DNA of 63,972 bases, the filler included, from Phoronis australis (lineage: Eukaryota; Animalia; Phoronida), in the NCBI GenBank assembly GCA_002633005.1. It is 12 parts of 12 records of this genome, joined end to end, with 100 filler letters (N's around TTAATTAATTAA, not from the genome) between each part and the next. Parts side by side here need not be neighbours in the genome. Positions count along the whole stretch, not along the records: positions 51,928 to 55,206 come from NMRA01003113.1; positions 55,307 to 57,818 come from NMRA01003638.1; positions 57,919 to 62,852 come from NMRA01001819.1; positions 62,953 to 63,972 come from NMRA01002638.1; 8 more parts are not named here. The stretch is one strand, 5' to 3'. Numbering within the stretch: the stretch's first letter is position 1; each line of letters starts with the position of its first letter. The translations under genes were made by a program, and so were the position numbers. The notes beneath the pieces are model-generated. The model ran no database searches. It was not told the origin of the DNA and saw nothing but the letters and a program-made list of their open reading frames with translations. Of the stretch, positions 53,291 through 63,972 are shown piece by piece.

Positions 53291-56200
53291 TAGCACTGTG
53301 CTCTGTTTTTGGTCCTCTTACAATACGTGTACACTTGTTTGTTTTTCGTTTTTTTCATGTATGTAATGTTACTTATAAGCCACGTGGTTCGCTGCGTGTT
53401 CCTGTTTTGTTAGGTATTTACTCTTTTAATCCACCTGTACGAACACATGTCACTAAAAAATTTCATACTTAGTTTCAGCCATTGAAAATCAAACAATTTT
53501 GGTAATTATCGTTATACGAAATGTATGAAGAATTTAACTGTGAATACAATTTTCCAAACATTTTAAAGTCTGCTCAGCACACCCCCTGTGGTCACATTAC
53601 GTAGCCTAATTAATGTAAGTCTGAAAACTCCAGTGTGCCCCAACTGGGACTCAAACCCGTAATGTAAATATATATATATACCCGGTACTCTATTAAATGT
53701 TATTTTATGAGGTCTGCACACTACAAACTGAGCTAACAACAAACTACTTTGTTTCAGTATTAATTTTGGTTCTGCAATTTGACAAAATAGTTCACTTGTC
53801 AGTTGTCACTACATTGTGTGCTAAATACAAATTACAATTAATGTAGTGTATCACTAGAACTGTTGCTGTCGTGGTTTCGACAAGAGTCTGATGTATTTAA
53901 ATAATCTATGTTAGTGTCTTGCTATGTTGTGTTACACCAATGTCAATCACTTCATCCAACTTGCCTTTGCCTAAATGTTTGTATTTGTGAGGGCAAAATA
54001 AAGATGTACGTACGTAGGTATGTATGTGTGTATGTATGTATGTAGTATTGTGTGCCCGTGTTACCAAGGACTATTTGACGATATTGGTTTTGGGCAAAAC
54101 AATTTGAAGAAAACTTAGCACAATTGTTGTTAACATTTTGTATTAACTTAAATACAGGAGTCCAACGTTGTGATAGAGGGTCATTTGTTAATAGATAAAG
54201 AATACAACTTATCTTCACTTGGGTTGTAACGTGACGAAAACATTGCGGGCCAAAGGTCCAATCTGTTTACTCGAAATCATTCTAGGCATTTTCTGTTCTT
54301 TTTTGTGCGAACTCATCATAAGTGTGTATGGCTGGAGTTCATAATGGGCCAACATGGATGACTCGTGGTGACGGTAATCCTTGTGTGCTCTTGATGACCC
54401 CAGCATTAAGGCTAAACGTTGGAGTCTAAACTTCAGTTTTTACTCGAAATCGGCTAATTTTTAGCTCGAATTTTGACGTCATCATGTGTGAAGTTGGACA
54501 AGAAAGTCATGCAGTAAACTCTAATGTACTTGAGCTTAGACTAATCGACACTTCGCTTAGAAAGAGAATAGAAAATTCCAACAAAAATTTAGTTTGATTT
54601 CGAATAAAAAGATTAGACCCCATCCCTGGTCTGAGCTCCAAATCAATGATTAGTTTCAAAAACCTAAAATGTACTCTTGCCATATATTTCTAAAATACGT
54701 GATTGAGATAAAGTCTGGTTTGGGAAAATATCTCATTTACCGCCTATGACTAGGAATTGTAGTGTAACGCCTTCAATTGTATTTATAGGAAGAAATTCTT
54801 TCGATACATTCAAAGTAAAAAAACATATTTATGTAAGTGTGCATGTGAAATATTTAATAGGTAGCCGTTTGTTTGATTTATTAACTTGTGTTACACTTGT
54901 CACCTGGTTATGAAATGTGCCCATTGTTAGTGCGTGTTCTGTGTATGTATGTGTCAAAAAGTTGTAATGTCCCATGGCTGTCATTTGTGTAAAATTGGAG
55001 GTTTCACGATGTGTTATTAGTGTACTGTGTTAACTGTATCTTACAAATAAATTGCAAAGTATCAAACATCGCTATTTAATAACAAGCTGATAAGTCATTT
55101 TTGCATCTAGCTGACATGACTGCACTTAAAACGTGTACTGGGTTGTTCAAACTGATCGATAAAGATATATTTCTACAAACCTTGGACTTTGCATTATAAT
55201 TGTGGTNNNNNNNNNNNNNNNNNNNNNNNNNNNNNNNNNNNNNNNNNNNNTTAATTAATTAANNNNNNNNNNNNNNNNNNNNNNNNNNNNNNNNNNNNNN
55301 NNNNNNTCCCAGATTCCGTTTGGCAGTTCGGGGGTGTGAATGTCTGACGGACAAAATCCTGGCTAATACTCTGTCCTGCCCCCCACCCTAAAAATCCTGT
55401 ATCCGCCCCTGCTGATATTTATGGTTTGTGCGCTGTTCTCCAAAACATTGTTAGGAATTGTAGTTAAAATGTTTCACTTTCGCATGAAAGGCTATCAAAA
55501 ATAGGACGCAAAAACTCTAAAGTTGCATCAAAAAAGAAACAACATTTTTGAGATCTCATCATGAACGTTTATATCAGATAGAATTTCATAAATGTAACAT
55601 TCTTTTCTCCAAAATTTCACTATAAAGACATGGTCACATGGGCCATTTAATGGCAGATTGGTTTATGGTCAAATACTACAGATTTTCTATTGTCTGAAAA
55701 TATACTCTTGCAGGGTAAAATCTACAGTTTTGTAGATATTTGGCTAAATACAACGATTTGGCAGGAAGGACCTACAGTACCCTTAAAATTCAGAAACTGA
55801 AGCACAACCCACTTGACTAGAACACTTTGACAAAAATAGACTAGACGTAATATTTAATTGAATGAAAGGATGTACAACACAGAGCTATATTGCTAGTGGA
55901 AGAGGGAGCAACAATTCTTCCTGGGTACCTTGTCCTTATATTCAATCATTGATTGACTAATCGCGTTTATGGAGGGTCAGTCATTCCTTTTTTGTAAGGC
56001 AATTTCAGAGTATGCTTGAGTAGCAAGTCAACTGATTGATAATTCCTGCCTGTGAAATGTCAATGAAACAGTTCAGAAACGAGCAAACACGCAAAATTGT
56101 CTTTCATTGCCGTCAAAAACCGCAGCTGAACTGAAGTCCTGTGAGCTAAGCTGCAGTGCTACAAAGAGAAAGACAGTCAAAACTACGGTACCAGGCCTAC

Positions 56201-56904
56201 TTACTCGCACGCTTGTCGTTAGATTTGAATGACGGCGCCAAACGCATTTCACAGATGCAGTTTCAAATACAATGTGACTTACCTCTTCTACCGTCAAGGG
56301 CATACATATTCTGTATTCTTTGACCAACATTTCAATAATTCGTTTTAAATTCTGACGCACGACCGCACGATTCCTCTATCTTTATTTATCTCCATGACCT
56401 CGTTTCAAGTTCAAAGGTTGGCACGCATGTGCGGAGTTTGGGTACTACAACTTTGCCATCTTTTGGATTTTGATAAAACTATATGAGCCGGTAGTCACAT
56501 TGTCAATCGAATTTTCAAACGAAATACAGTCCTTGCCTTTTTCATACAAAAAGAAAAAAAAACGCTGGAGCCTATAAGTATTTTAATACTCACTCGATCT
56601 CACAAAGAGTAAGATCGAGTAAAGTAGAATAATTCCCCAGAATAGGTGGCCTAGGAATTTTGATTTTAGTAAGTTTACTGGGTGTAGGAAACGGGGAGAG
56701 GGCCCGCACGAGTTCAAGCAACCCTCTCCCTACTCAAGAAATTGAAAGGTCGAAGGAAGCGGGATGGGGCGAAGGCCTACCATGGGCCTCACCTAACGAA
56801 TCTACTTGTCTGATATATGACAATTTTCTACAGCCCAATACTCCCAGAGCCTTCTAAAATCCAGACACGTCGAAAATAGATTGATGCATAGACACTAGTC
56901 TTGA

Positions 56905-56905
<1 letters not shown>

Positions 56906-56955
<50 letters not shown>

Positions 56956-57121
56956 GATAATAATGACAATGATGATGATGATAATAATGATAATAATAAC
57001 AGTAATAATAATAATGATGATGATGATGATGATGATGATAACAATATTAATAACAATAACAATAATAATAATGATAATAATAATAACGATAATAGTAATA
57101 ATAACAGTAATAATAATAATA
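56906..57121. repeat. (AAT/GAT)n trinucleotide microsatellite
   Basis: ~70 imperfect aat/gat units; explains the poly-L/I/M ORFs. May be the tail of the adjacent minus-strand LINE. Confidence 0.95.
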
Positions 57122-57710
57122 AACTATATTTATGGAGGATAAAATACGTAGATTTAAAAAGCATTCTTTAGCCAAAGGCTAATATAAAGCATGGTCCTCC
57201 CACAGCATTAAATTAAATTAAATTAAATAAATTAAGTTACATTAAATTACATGAATATTTTACAAATTAAAATTACTAATTGAATTAAAAATAAATTAAA
57301 ACTTTTGTATGGTATATAAAATGAATTTTAAAGAGGATAAATGACTGAAAACGAACGGAGGGACAGCTATGCTGACCACACCCTCGGGTAACTGATAAGT
57401 TTGTGTCTGAAGTCCTCCTAACCATCAGCCACCTTTAGGCGATTTGGTAAATCGTTCCATTGTCGAATTGCTCGAATAAAAAAGTACTTAGAGTATAACG
57501 AAGTTCTGTGCCTGGAGACAACAAAATTGTTTGAGGAAAAAAAATCTGGACCTGATTTGGTGGCTGCTTCGAGCGAGTAATAAGTTACGAGATAAATAAG
57601 CTGGTACATTATTATGAAAACACTTATGCATCATGCACAAACGCCTATATATATGTATATAAAATGTTTGTCAACAGGCATCCATCTCAGTCTGTTAAGT
57701 ATATAAGAAT
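57122..57710 (-). mobile_element. 3' end of a CR1/L2-like LINE
   Basis: HRTSLYSKYFFIRAIRQWNDLP (FFxRxxxxWNxLP motif), followed by a UTR running into the (TTA)n repeat. Confidence 0.65.
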
Positions 57711-59021
57711 TTCGCTTCGGTGAATTTCGACCAAGGCTGAAATTCTGGAAATCTCCGATCCTCCTATCAGTCCGGGAGTCAAGTGCTGTTTTTTGAATTA
57801 ACCTGGATTTGCTGGATANNNNNNNNNNNNNNNNNNNNNNNNNNNNNNNNNNNNNNNNNNNNTTAATTAATTAANNNNNNNNNNNNNNNNNNNNNNNNNN
57901 NNNNNNNNNNNNNNNNNNTTTAACAACACGGCAAATGCACGGCTGGTTCCCAGCAGCACGTACGCAAAGGGCGGGAACTTCAGCTTTCAAAGTTTGCCGG
58001 TAGGACCGCAACTTCTGACCTTCGGCCTGGTTAAAAGAATCTCTTGGCGTGCGCCGAGTGAAAACGTTGAGTTCACGATTTTGGGAACTGAAATAGGGAC
58101 TGCTCGAAGTTTGATAACGGGAGTATTTGTTCGAGTTGGAAGGAATTAAACACATCGACAACCTCCTAAGGTGTTCCTCTATGCGCAAAAGGTATTTATA
58201 ACAACGTGACTTTGATGGTTTAGTCGGTGCGAGGCATAATTCGCCGAAAAGCTTCTGGCGTATGGAGCGCCTTAGGAGCTGCATCGCCTCTGGTTTGGGC
58301 CAACAGAGGCGATGGTTATTGCCTAATCTTGAACATGATCAATCTTACACAGTAAACAATAAAACCTGTTTTTATACTAGCACGAACCCACACTTTGCTT
58401 TATTGTTATTTTCACCGTTTTCCTCAGCTCAGTTTATTATTAACATGCGCCAACGAGTAAGGATCGATATTACGATCGTTTGTTGTAAACGGGAAGAAGA
58501 AGAAGAAGTTCGTTCTGGATCACTCCGAACCAGGCCTTTATGCAGCGTACGCCCTGGCAAGGACGCCCAGTGTATCCTCTGGACGCCCACTATCAATAGG
58601 AAGCTTTCAAGTTTGGACAAACACATTGTAATGATTAATAGGAAGCCTATGAAGACTCACAGTGGTGGCTCTTTTTTCAAAGCAGGAAGAAATATACAAT
58701 GTATATACAAAGTATATACAATGTTGCTATGCTCATACCTGGTTGATAGCATTGTAAAAGTCTTGGTCTACACAGTTTTTTTAGTAAAAATGCTCACTAC
58801 AGAAGGCTGTTTTGTAAACTTAGATGTAAAAACCTTGGTCTATTTAAAAGATCTATGTGTTTGGGGGGATTGTTGGGGGTGGGGGGGTTACGTGTCAGAA
58901 TCATGGTCGCCCTGGAATATTATGGGATCCCCATTTTGGACACCCTATTTTCGAAATCCTGGATAAAGGCCTGCTCCGAACTGTGTTCCACTAAGTTTTG
59001 TTATCAATATTTTTATGGTAC

Positions 59022-61336
59022 CAGGGCTCGACATAACGAGCTGCAGGTCGCATTTGCGACCTGAAATTTGGAAATGCGAGCTGAGATTTTTGTCAGCTCG
59101 TATTAAGTCGCAAAATGCGACCTGCATTTTCCAACGAATGCGAGCTGAGTTTTTACACTTCTCGGCAGATACCTAGCAAACATAAAGCAACTCTAGTTAA
59201 TCTGACCGTTATTTGGTTGTTGCCAAATCCAAGTTCAAAAGAACACTAACCGAGAGCAGCCCTCCCGATGACTTGTAAGCAAGTCGCGTGAACATCGGAT
59301 ATGCAGAATCGATCTTTGACGCGTTTTATTGGCTAACATTTTCGGCCACTTTTGCAAATTTCCAGATTTGCCTAAGAAAGTTTCGGGCCTCTGCATAACA
59401 CGTGATAAAATGTCACAAAACAGCGCTGTTTCTACTAATTCTTAAGCGATCAACTTACCAAACTTTGTGGTGGACAAATATGTTTACTTTTCGCTCAAGA
59501 TGTCCTTATTACATGTACCAAATATCAACGACAATATCCCTGATATCGCACTGCGGCAAGAAATTCTCAAACCCCTTTACTCGTTTCTGGTGCTACGTGC
59601 GCAAAATATGATTGGTCTTTCATAAGTTGTTGTAAACGTAAAGTGTAGGCCTACTCCAGCGATTCAAGTGCGTGAACTCATGCCTGCGCACCACTTCAAA
59701 GCTGCACATCAAAAGAGAACAGCGACATTCCTAAATGAAAGATTATACCGGCTTGGCTCTGTTAAGCACCTGGGTGCAAGTGGTTTATTTGAAAATGAAC
59801 TCATACATTTCCGCCGGCTATAACAGACCCGATGCTTTACGATATTCCCCGGGGCCGATATATATTTTCCTGTTCCTATGTTTCTCGTGGTCGATATACT
59901 CTAAACCCTGTATTCTATGCCCATAGCCAGCTATTGCAACAAAACGGGTACTAGATACGAAATTGTGGTTAGCGAACTTTTTATTCTTCTCTTCATACAC
60001 CTCCACCCCGGCAACTTTTCGCTCCCTGAACCACTGTCGCCGTGAAATGTTCAGACTCCAATAGAAACAACCTTGTTGCGGTTGACGCGGGCAATTAAAA
60101 ACAAAATTATTCCGGGTGGCTAAAAATGGTACAGTGTAGGTGGTAATGATATCCAAAAAGTCACCCCTACTAGATGGAGTTTGCCTCGCAAAATCGTATT
60201 ATTATAACGTTTCTTACGATTGCAGGGTTTTAATATCTTGTTACCGCAAACACTCAGGTTAACGACTATGCTCACGCACAAGCCTACTCCCTACCTTTGA
60301 AGTGTTTCATAATAAGCGCTCACTGATCTACTAAGAGTTTCCCCTTAAATTTTGAGAATTTCCAATTAAGCGCCCACAGTTCAGGCTAGCGCCCATCATA
60401 GCACACTGCAAACGACCGCGTGTGGTTTAAAATTGACATGCAGCTTATATGGTGTGTCACTTTCATTTTACACAACAAATTCAGTATTCGAAAAACCAAA
60501 TCCCGGCTTTGTTTTATACCTCCGAAAGAAAGTTAACACTAGTGACATGCATGTCGTTTTGTGACTGACCTATTTTTCCCGTACTTGGAAGGTATTGAGG
60601 AGCAAACTCGCCATTACCCGATGGAAACCCGCACGAAGGGAGTCGGGAATTATTTCGAGGCTATTCATTTCATGGAAAACTAATTGTTGAGTTGGTAAAC
60701 AGCATGAGTATCACATTTTTATTGGGAAATTTGCACTGAATTGTTCCCGCGTATCCAAATAGGTCATTCGGTTAGGGCATCATTTCACGGATTTTTTTTT
60801 CGACAGATGTTTTTCAAACGTTGAGTTAAATCGCAAAATTTGGTATGTGAACACAAAGTGGAGGGAATTTGCACTCCGAGTTAGTTTGACTCTTCAACGA
60901 CTTTGATGACAGCCAGTAGCAGGTCAGACCTAGCAAAATCCAGGATACTTTTTCAACGGGCATTTTCTCCTTTTCACATCGCAAACTTAGCTACTAGAAT
61001 GCACGAGTCAGTTAGACAGCACTGATTCAACTTTCACGTCAGCAACTTTTGTTGCGCTCTAGAGCCTTTTAAGGCGATCGTGAAGAACAGTAATGCCATA
61101 CCTCCATGAACGAAGTCAATTTTGCGATCTGAAATTTGTGAGTATTTAACGCTGCAGGCAAGAGCATAATCTAAACATTTTCTCGATGATCTAAAAAATC
61201 AATTTTGTTGTGTAAAAATGGAGGGAAATTTTGTGACCTGGCATTTACAAATGCGAGCTGAATTTTGAAAATGCTACCTGGGATTTTGGCTAGGTCGCAA
61301 AATGTGACCTGGCAATTTTAATAGCGTCGAGCCCTG
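59022..61336. mobile_element. 2.3-kb non-autonomous hAT-like DNA transposon with 5-bp TSD
   Basis: Perfect 11-bp TIR CAGGGCTCGAC; TSD GGTAC (59017-59021, 61337-61341); multiple subterminal TGCGA(C/G)CTG repeats at both ends; no transposase ORF. Confidence 0.85.
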
Positions 61337-61384
61337 GGTACTAATAGTACAAGTAATTTCATGAAAAACAATTTCGAATTGTAA

Positions 61385-61785
61385 CAATACAAGTACTTAC
61401 CACAGCTTGATACCATACTTGAGCAATACAAGAACATACCACAGCTTGATACGATACTTGAGCAATACAAGTACTCACCACAGCTTGATACCATACTTGA
61501 GCAAATACAAGTACTTACCACAGCTTCATACCATACTTGAGCAGTACAAGTACTTACAAAAGCTTGATGCCATATTTGAGCAATACAAGTACTTACCACA
61601 GCTTGATACCATACTTGAGCAAATACAAGTATTAACCACAGCTTGATACCATACTTGAGCAAATACAAGTACTTACCACAGCTTGATACCATACTTGAGC
61701 AAATACAAGTACTTACCACAGCTTGATACCATACTTGAGCAAATACAAGTACATACCACAGCTTGATACCAGATTTGAGCAAATA
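61385..61785. repeat. 37-38-bp minisatellite (~10 units)
   Basis: Unit aatacaagtacttaccacagcttgataccatacttgagc(a). Confidence 0.93.
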
Positions 61786-61859
61786 ACTTTCTGGAAAGAA
61801 TAACATAACTTCATTCATTGGAGCTTAGGGACACATCCTGAACCCCAGTTAGTATTCTT

Positions 61860-62852
61860 TGTAGCATTGAGTAGTGTACTGTATATAAAGATGATTTCTT
61901 TGTTGGTATTTATTATCTGACCAGTAACCTTGACACTACTTATCGCTACGTCATCAATTTGTGTGTTATACCAAGAGCGGCCTCTAGGGTAAACTAAAGT
62001 AACTACATTACATCTCTCCCTCCTTACGAATAGACGTTACACAATCGAGACCGTCAATACAAAAATCAAATAATAAAACTGCCTTTAGCAGATGAGCAAA
62101 CAAACATCTATGACTAGAACGACTAAAGTCTATCAAACATAGCGGCACTAAATGTCCATCACGAAGTCCTCATATTTCGCAGGCGCGTTCCTAGTTCTGC
62201 TCGAACGACGTAACTGTGGTTCGTCACTTGCAGTCATCTCCTTGGATGAGGTATCTTCAGATCCTGGTTCTGGTTGAGACTTGTCACAAAGGTCTGGTAT
62301 TTTCTTCATGTGCGATGAATTTCTGGTAACCACATGACCATCACGTGCTGCGGTGATCATATTTCCTTTCTTCTCAACCACTTCGTAAGGTAAGGGTTTA
62401 TATGGTGTTGAGAGCTTGTTGGTTTTCTCTTGCTTAACTAGAACTGTGTCTCCAGGCTGCAAAGGACACGTTTTGTTAGCGTTGTTACGACTATCAGCAA
62501 TGTCCTTCATGTATGTTTTCATACGAGCATCTCTGGTGCGAGCAAAATCAAGCTTCTCTTCAAAGGTCACCTTCTTCGGCTTTGTAAGTGTTGGAAGTTC
62601 CGTTCTGAGTTTTCTGCCATTTAGCATTTCAGAGGGAGACATGCCAGTGGTTGACTGGGGTGTTGCTCTGTAATGACGCAGAAATGTATACAGTTCCTGC
62701 TTCCAACTTCCTTTCTCCACCGTGGCTGCACGGATTGCCTTTTCAAGAGTTCTCATAAACCTCTCTGCCTCACCATTTGCCTGGGGGTAACGTGGAGTTA
62801 TTTTCTTGTGTTTAAAACCAACAAGTTTTGCCCAATTTGCAAACTCCTCACT
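61860..62852 (-). mobile_element. 3' part of a Ty3/Gypsy LTR retrotransposon: integrase C-terminus, PPT and short 3' LTR
   Basis: Open frame 62148-62852; PPT AAGGAGGGAGAGA directly before an LTR TGTA...TACA (62012 to 61860) that contains AATAAA. Confidence 0.88.
62148..62852 (-). CDS. Gypsy Pol integrase, C-terminal part (truncated by spacer)
   Basis: ITPRYPQANGEAERFMRTL...FLRHYRATPQSTTGMSPSEML.GRKLRT...PGDTVLVKQ...PY...RNSSH...LRRSSR. Confidence 0.9.
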   Translation of the reverse strand, partial: SEEFANWAKLVGFKHKKITPRYPQANGEAERFMRTLEKAIRAATVEKGSWKQELYTFLRHYRATPQSTTGMSPSEMLNGRKLRTELPTLTKPKKVTFEEKLDFARTRDARMKTYMKDIADSRNNANKTCPLQPGDTVLVKQEKTNKLSTPYKPLPYEVVEKKGNMITAARDGHVVTRNSSHMKKIPDLCDKSQPEPGSEDTSSKEMTASDEPQLRRSSRTRNAPAKYEDFVMDI

Positions 62853-63701
62853 NNNNNNNNNNNNNNNNNNNNNNNNNNNNNNNNNNNNNNNNNNNNTTAA
62901 TTAATTAANNNNNNNNNNNNNNNNNNNNNNNNNNNNNNNNNNNNNNNNNNNNGGGATTTTCTCAAAACATTGTCAGACGGTTGAATTAAAAAAATGACCC
63001 CACCTAATTAACGCACGGGACCTCGGATCTGTCTTGCATGCGTTTTTGTTCGTGTGTTATCATTTCAGCCGCAGGTGAAATGATAACTTAATTCTTTTGA
63101 CGCTAAATCAACTAATCAGCGCATTTCATATGAAACATTTTGTGTACAAAATGGCCAAAAGGATTTACACGCGAGCGCCAATGCCACCGGGATCTTTACT
63201 TTTCTACCTCTAAATATTCTACAAATGTAGCGTGTTTGATAAGTCAACATTACACTAGTCTGGCGTCTGGGGTTCGTTCACGGGAAGTCAGGTATACATA
63301 CGATAATATGGTTCCTGAAGTACACGAGGATTTAAATATAACACGTGCATTCTAATATCTGTACTTTAAAATGGTCATTATCGGAAAGAAAAGCGATTTT
63401 CGGAGACCAGCTTCATCGCGGAGTTCAGCCTGCAACCCCGCGGTCGAAAGTCGAGTCGAGTTAAACCCCGGGACATAGTCCTTGTCACAAGATCATTTGA
63501 TTTTTACGGTTAAAACTAACTAACAGATCGTCTGCGTGACTTGAAGCACACAGCTTTCCTTAGGTTATGTTTTTGACACTTGTTTGTTGGCAATGGCCAG
63601 TGTGGAGTTGAAAATGCATTTCGTATCATGGGGCATGTTTTACGGAATTTTCTATTTAGATGGTCAGTTGTTTGACGCGTTTCAAGTAAATTCACATATA
63701 T

Positions 63702-63865
63702 ATAGATTATTACATGGCGAAGTCGTTATCCCCCGTTATCTAGAGCCCGAGTGGATTTTGGAGAATTATCGCCCGAGGGGCGTTAGCCCCGAGGGTGATA
63801 ATTCTCCAAAATCCACGAGGGCTCTAGATAAGGGGGATAACGGCTGAGAACATGTAATAATCTAT
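63702..63865. repeat. Long imperfect palindrome (foldback/MITE-like)
   Basis: Arms atagattattacatg...cgttatcccc..ttatctagagccc..gtggattttggagaattatc pair with their reverse complement around a centre near 63783. Confidence 0.85.
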
Positions 63866-63972
63866 TTATACCACATACTAAACGAGAAACATTGCAATGA
63901 ATCGATTTACCTTTTCTGACTCTCCACGGCTTTGTAACTACTTTCTATGTCAGAGGCCCGGGGTCGGAGGTC

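Noticed and set aside
56895-57164. Poly-Leu / poly-Ile-Met membrane protein ORFs
   Set aside because: Translation of an (AAT/GAT)n microsatellite.
58262-58966. Longest ORF in the track (234 aa)
   Set aside because: No recognisable domain, atypical composition, and it runs across repeat-like sequence; probably a chance ORF.
61385-61785. 37-38-bp repeats (also 42826-43006 and 38895-39225) as a CRISPR array
   Set aside because: Head-to-tail units without unique spacers, no cas genes, eukaryotic context: these are minisatellites.
10745-62952. Recurrent TTAATTAATTAA motif inside N runs
   Set aside because: Identical 100-bp artificial joiners; not biological. Adjacency between segments carries no meaning.

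Overview
Animal (invertebrate-type, AT-rich, intron-rich) genomic DNA. The window is not contiguous: 12 segments are joined by 11 artificial 100-bp spacers (44 N + TTAATTAATTAA + 44 N), so nothing can be linked across spacers. Most of the supplied ORFs are spurious; the real coding pieces are short spliced exons that I read manually. Genes: (1) an ankyrin-repeat gene fragment (567-3362) with one repeat per phase-0 exon. Four of its exons sit in near-identical ~460-bp tandem exon+intron cassettes, yet differ almost only by amino-acid changes at target-binding positions. This is the main finding: a candidate DARPin-like variable-receptor cassette array. (2) A minus-strand coiled-coil gene whose phase-0 exons are mostly heptad multiples (11394-18705). 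(3) A lone ankyrin exon with a possible decayed death-domain exon (30516-32103). (4) A Q-rich FoxP-like exon. (5) Non-muscle myosin II heavy-chain tail exons (38120-39428). The rest is transposon debris: a P-element/THAP9-like pseudogene with introns, Penelope elements, LINEs, a tRNA-derived SINE, a solo LTR, a Gypsy 3' end, an Academ-like remnant, MITEs, a HINE/DINE-like element carrying a phased array of CTCF-like motifs, and mini/microsatellites. Family assignments come from motif recognition; no database searches were run.
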